The position numbers and the translations under genes are program-made. Positions 58,824-62,514 of a DNA stretch of 62,514 nucleotides are shown here, piece after piece (positions within the stretch are counted from its first letter, which is position 1; each line of letters begins with the position of its first letter). Below the pieces are notes generated by a model. That model was not told the DNA's origin. It saw nothing but the letters and a program-made list of their open reading frames with translations, and did not search any database. The stretch comes from an uncultured Gammaproteobacteria bacterium (lineage in GTDB: Bacteria > Patescibacteriota > Microgenomatia > Daviesbacterales > UBA10151). Where the stretch lies: contig CAYMTV010000001.1 in the NCBI GenBank assembly GCA_964393525.1, positions 82,178 through 144,691 on the forward strand, in the 5' to 3' direction.

Positions 58824-60069
58824 TAAATTCTTAGTAGTATTAATTATAGGTATTGTTTTAAGAGTGTTAATTGCCATGTCGACTTACCATTCCGACTTGC
58901 GTACTTTTCAGTATGCCGGGCAGGTTTTTTCCGAAGGACACGTTTTTGATTTGTATGATTACATTATAAAATTGCCGGAGAGTGAAGAAATTAAAAAATT
59001 GGTAGTTTTTAATTACCCTCCTGCAATTTACTGGTATCATGGAATCTTTAACTTTATTTTTTCGGTAATCTTTGGTAAAGAGCTGGTAAATGGTTTTTTA
59101 ATCAACGTCGAAGATGCTTTTGGTAATTTCTGGTTTAATATCCACCTTTTTTTAATAAAGTTTCCCTATTTAATTTTTGATATCTTAACTGCAATTTACC
59201 TGTCTAAATTATTTTCGGAAACCAAAAAAAGGTTTTTAGCATTCAGTTTTTGGATGCTAAACCCGATCGCGCTTTATGCAACTTACATGATCAGCCAGTT
59301 TGATATTATTTCGGTTTTTTTTAGTGTTTTGGCGCTTTATTTTGTTCGGGAAAAGAAACTACCACTTGCAGCATTTGCATTAGGTATTGGTGCAGCATTT
59401 AAAATCTATCCAATATTTTTACTTCTACCATTAGTACTTTTAAATAAGACTTTTAACGGAAAACTCCAATTAATCTTATTGGGGGTAGCTCCTTACCTGT
59501 TTTCTATTTTACCGTATATCTTTTCCACAGGGTTTAGATATACAGCGCTAGTAGCAAGCCAGACAAATAAGAGTTTTATAGCTCAAATACCAATTTCAGG
59601 TGGAGAAAGTTTGATCTTATTTATTCTGGCAATGGTATTTGTTTACCTAGCATTTTTTTACAGTAAGATAGCTGATTTCAGCCAAAATAATTTTGAATTA
59701 GTAAGTAGAAGGTTTCTTATGGTTTTACTGTTGTTTTTTATTTTTACACATTTTCATCCGCAATGGATAATTTGGATAACTCCTTTTCTTATAGTGGATT
59801 TAATACTCAACAATTTTAAAAATTTAAGTTTAGTTTTGATAATGTTTACAACTTATTTACTTTCTCTATTCTTTTTTGAGCCATCTTTAACAATCTGGAT
59901 GTTTGCTCCAATATTCCCATTTTTGAACGGATTACCAAGTATATGGAAAATGATGGGACTTAGTATAGATTATAATTTTATAAGAAGCGTCCTCCAGACC
60001 GTTTTTTCAGCAGCAGCTTTCTTTTACATATTTATCTATTTTCCCAAAATCCGAAATGAGCAAGATTAA
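58816..60069 (+). CDS. GT87/PIG-M-like GT-C protein
   Basis: HSD, FNYPP, IKFPYLIFD, SQFD, AFKIYP, HPQW. Confidence 0.75.
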   Translation: MVNKFLVVLIIGIVLRVLIAMSTYHSDLRTFQYAGQVFSEGHVFDLYDYIIKLPESEEIKKLVVFNYPPAIYWYHGIFNFIFSVIFGKELVNGFLINVEDAFGNFWFNIHLFLIKFPYLIFDILTAIYLSKLFSETKKRFLAFSFWMLNPIALYATYMISQFDIISVFFSVLALYFVREKKLPLAAFALGIGAAFKIYPIFLLLPLVLLNKTFNGKLQLILLGVAPYLFSILPYIFSTGFRYTALVASQTNKSFIAQIPISGGESLILFILAMVFVYLAFFYSKIADFSQNNFELVSRRFLMVLLLFFIFTHFHPQWIIWITPFLIVDLILNNFKNLSLVLIMFTTYLLSLFFFEPSLTIWMFAPIFPFLNGLPSIWKMMGLSIDYNFIRSVLQTVFSAAAFFYIFIYFPKIRNEQD

Positions 60070-61342
60070 TTTATCAATAACATTTCTTGCTATACTTTTA
60101 ATTTACTTTTCGCTTAGTATTCCATATTTTTCGGGAGATGTTAGAAATCACATAGTTTGGGCTGAAAGCATTTTAAAAATAGGTCCTCTTGGTCTTTATA
60201 ACCGCACTTTTCATGACTTTGCTTATCCCAACTATCCGCCACTTACCATGTGGTTTTTTGTAATAAGCACCATCATCTTTGAAATTGTTAGAGCTTTTAT
60301 ATGGTTTTTAAATAATTCAATTGCATTGTTTCCTTCAGATCTGATGTTATTTATTGAAAGTCTTAATTTTAAGATAGCTTTTTTTAAATTGCCGGCACTG
60401 GCTTCTACTTTGGGGATAGCTTGGCTGGCTCATCATATTATTTCTAAATTTCATAAGGTAAGAAAGCGTATTCTATTATCTTTATTTTTTTTACTAAATC
60501 CCGCCATATTTTTTCTTGCGGTAGTTTGGGGTCAGGTAGACCAACTGCCAATATTTTTTCTACTTCTATCAACGCTTTTTCTGTTTAAAGATAAACCCTT
60601 TTTAACTGGTCTTTTTTCCGCGTTTGCTTTGCTTTCCAAGCAGACGGTAATAATATTTTGGTTGGTTCTTTTGATTTTAGCTTTTAAAAAGTTTAATTTA
60701 AAAGATTTTTTAAAAATGTTTTTTACCACTATAGTAGTTGTTTACTTTTTCTACATTCCTTTTGTGGGTTTAAATCCTTTTGATATCATGAGTCTGTATA
60801 TTTCAAATTTTGAATATGTTGCTAAAGCGACTCAAGTCAATGCAATTAATCTTTGGGGACTTTTATATGATTTTCAAATTGTTGAAGATAGTAGAATATT
60901 TTTTGGCTTAAGTTTCCAGTACTGGGGATATTTATTGTTTGCAATATTTGCATTACCGGTTCTTTTTATTATTGGCAAAATTAACCTGAGCAAGTTTAAA
61001 GATTCAAAAAATCTTTGGCATCTTGTCTTGTTTTCTTTCTTTCTTTTGAGCACAAGTTATTTTCTGACCCTTACCAGAATGCATGAACGCTATCTGATCC
61101 CTGCCGTGATTTTTGCGTACTTAATGTTTCTTTTTGAAAAGGCACATTTAGTTAATTTAATTTTCTTCTCTGCACTAACTTTTCTAAACTTATATCGCGG
61201 ACTCGAGATGCCCGATTTTGGGTTTTTAAGAACTCTGGTTTTTTCGACTCCATTTCTGGATATGCTGGTTGTTTCCTACGGGTTGCTTAATATATATAAT
61301 CTGATTTTATTTATGCGTTTTGCAAAAAAGGACGGATCTTAA
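60056..61342 (+). CDS. GT87/PIG-M-like GT-C protein
   Basis: GDV, PNYPP, WGQVD, SKQT, RMHERY. Confidence 0.75.
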   Translation: MSKINLSITFLAILLIYFSLSIPYFSGDVRNHIVWAESILKIGPLGLYNRTFHDFAYPNYPPLTMWFFVISTIIFEIVRAFIWFLNNSIALFPSDLMLFIESLNFKIAFFKLPALASTLGIAWLAHHIISKFHKVRKRILLSLFFLLNPAIFFLAVVWGQVDQLPIFFLLLSTLFLFKDKPFLTGLFSAFALLSKQTVIIFWLVLLILAFKKFNLKDFLKMFFTTIVVVYFFYIPFVGLNPFDIMSLYISNFEYVAKATQVNAINLWGLLYDFQIVEDSRIFFGLSFQYWGYLLFAIFALPVLFIIGKINLSKFKDSKNLWHLVLFSFFLLSTSYFLTLTRMHERYLIPAVIFAYLMFLFEKAHLVNLIFFSALTFLNLYRGLEMPDFGFLRTLVFSTPFLDMLVVSYGLLNIYNLILFMRFAKKDGS

Positions 61343-62119
61343 ATGCTCAAACTTTCTATAATAATTATAACCTTCAATTGTGAACAGTTTGTAGAAAAAT
61401 GTATTGCCTCGGTTTTAAAATTCCTGCCAGACAGAGCAGAAGTAATAGTTTTTGATAATGCTTCAATTGATGAAACGATTTCAAAGCTAGAAAATTTTCT
61501 TCCAAAAATCAGGTTATACAAGTCAGAAGAAAATCTGGGTTTTGCCAAAGCCAATAATCGGGCGGTTGAAAATGCCTTTGGAGAATTTCTGTTTTTTCTA
61601 AATCCCGATACGGTATTAACCGAGCCGATTTTTGAAAGCCTTATAAGGTTTTATGAGAATACTCCCAAAATTGGGATACTTGCCCCTAAGTTAATCATGG
61701 AAAATGGCAAAACCCAGCCCTCGGTCATAAAGCTTCCTTCCATCACGGGGGCAATTAGGGAATTTGTTTTTATTCAAAAAGGGCAATACTTACCTTACGC
61801 CCCGGAGGATAAAAACCCGGTGGAAGTTGAGTGTGTCTTTGCGGCAGCGGTTTTGATTAAAAAAGATTTTTTCTTAAAACTTAAGGGATTTGACGCGCGC
61901 TACTTCATGTACTATGAGGACATTGATCTTTGCCGGCGGATAAAAAAGATAGGTTACAAAATTTATTATTATCCAAAATATAAACTCACTCATAAAGTTG
62001 GGGGTATCAAATCTGAAAAAAAGCAGGATTTGAACCTAAAATCCGCCTTTTTATATCATGGGTTTTTTAAAGGATTTATTATTCAGGCAATCCTAAGATT
62101 GCATAGGTTTATTGCTTAA
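61343..62119 (+). CDS. GT2 glycosyltransferase (rhamnosyltransferase-like)
   Basis: FDNASID, NLGFAKANN, LNPDT, FMYYEDIDLC. Confidence 0.88.
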   Translation: MLKLSIIIITFNCEQFVEKCIASVLKFLPDRAEVIVFDNASIDETISKLENFLPKIRLYKSEENLGFAKANNRAVENAFGEFLFFLNPDTVLTEPIFESLIRFYENTPKIGILAPKLIMENGKTQPSVIKLPSITGAIREFVFIQKGQYLPYAPEDKNPVEVECVFAAAVLIKKDFFLKLKGFDARYFMYYEDIDLCRRIKKIGYKIYYYPKYKLTHKVGGIKSEKKQDLNLKSAFLYHGFFKGFIIQAILRLHRFIA

Positions 62120-62137
62120 CTGTACAATTGAATTGGT

Positions 62138-62514
62138 TTGAAAAACCCTAAAATTCTTTTATCATTGATAATCGGTTTAGCCCTTTTTTTGAGAGTTTTC
62201 AAACTTGATACTATACCTGTCTCTTTATTTGGAGATGAAATTGATGTTGGGCTTCAGGCATACTCTCTTTTGAAAACCGGCAAGGATTACTATGGTAATT
62301 TTTTACCATTTATGGTGCAGTCCTTTACCGAAGCAAGACTCCCAATATTTATTTATTCTGACATCCCTTTCATCGCTCTTTTTGGATTAAATGAGTGGGG
62401 AGTGAGACTTGTCGGAGTATTCTGGGGGTTGGTTTCTTTAATAGGTATATATCGTCTGACAAAAAAAATATTTAACCAGAAGATTGGTCTAATAAGTTTA
62501 TTTTTTCTGGCTAT
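62138..62514 (+). CDS. 3'-truncated ArnT/PMT-like GT-C protein (absent from the ORF track)
   Basis: Hand translation from TTG: LKNPKILLSLIIGLALFLRVFKLDTIPVSLFGDEIDVGLQAYSLLKTGKDYYGNFLP...FGLNEWGVRL; open to the window end. Confidence 0.8.
   Translation, partial: MKNPKILLSLIIGLALFLRVFKLDTIPVSLFGDEIDVGLQAYSLLKTGKDYYGNFLPFMVQSFTEARLPIFIYSDIPFIALFGLNEWGVRLVGVFWGLVSLIGIYRLTKKIFNQKIGLISLFFLA

Noticed and set aside
52-60729. Numerous short antisense or overlapping ORFs in the track (e.g. 3600-4040, 6735-7073, 11359-11664, 54935-55306)
   Set aside because: They lie inside well-supported genes, show no motifs, and are best explained as shadow ORFs.
1-62514. Alternative genetic code (TGA recoding as in Gracilibacteria/Absconditabacteria)
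   Set aside because: Conserved genes are full length under code 11, several end at TGA, and RF2 is present.

Overview
AT-rich bacterial chromosome segment with tightly packed genes. It is most likely Patescibacteria/CPR, Microgenomates-like (inferred from gene content: half-length TsaB, CAP-domain protein, many GT-C paralogues, sortase with no outer-membrane genes). There are three parts. (1) 1-18 kb, cell-surface genes: two twin-arginine-signal orphans, an LPxTG/DUF11 protein, a 1269-aa PQQ-type sugar dehydrogenase with four ~130-aa repeats, a sortase, DgkA, a rhomboid, an Xaa-Pro peptidase and a multidomain M23 protein. (2) 18-28 kb, housekeeping: prfB-ftsE-ftsX-M23 hydrolase, a MacAB-like ABC exporter, tsaB. 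(3) 28-62.5 kb, a glycosylation island: rmlABCD, rmd/gmd, three polyprenyl-phosphate sugar synthases, a Wzx flippase, GT2/GT4 enzymes and most of the window's ~15 polytopic GT-C-like proteins. The most striking observation is that the FtsEX-linked M23 peptidase is circularly permuted, with both Zn-binding motifs intact. Also notable are the size of the GT-C set, a recurring -10 box 6-10 nt before start codons (leaderless or near-leaderless mRNAs), and two small palindromic elements, one inside a long leader. No rRNA, tRNA, CRISPR array, transposase or integrase was recognised. All family calls come from reading motifs by eye; no database search was run.
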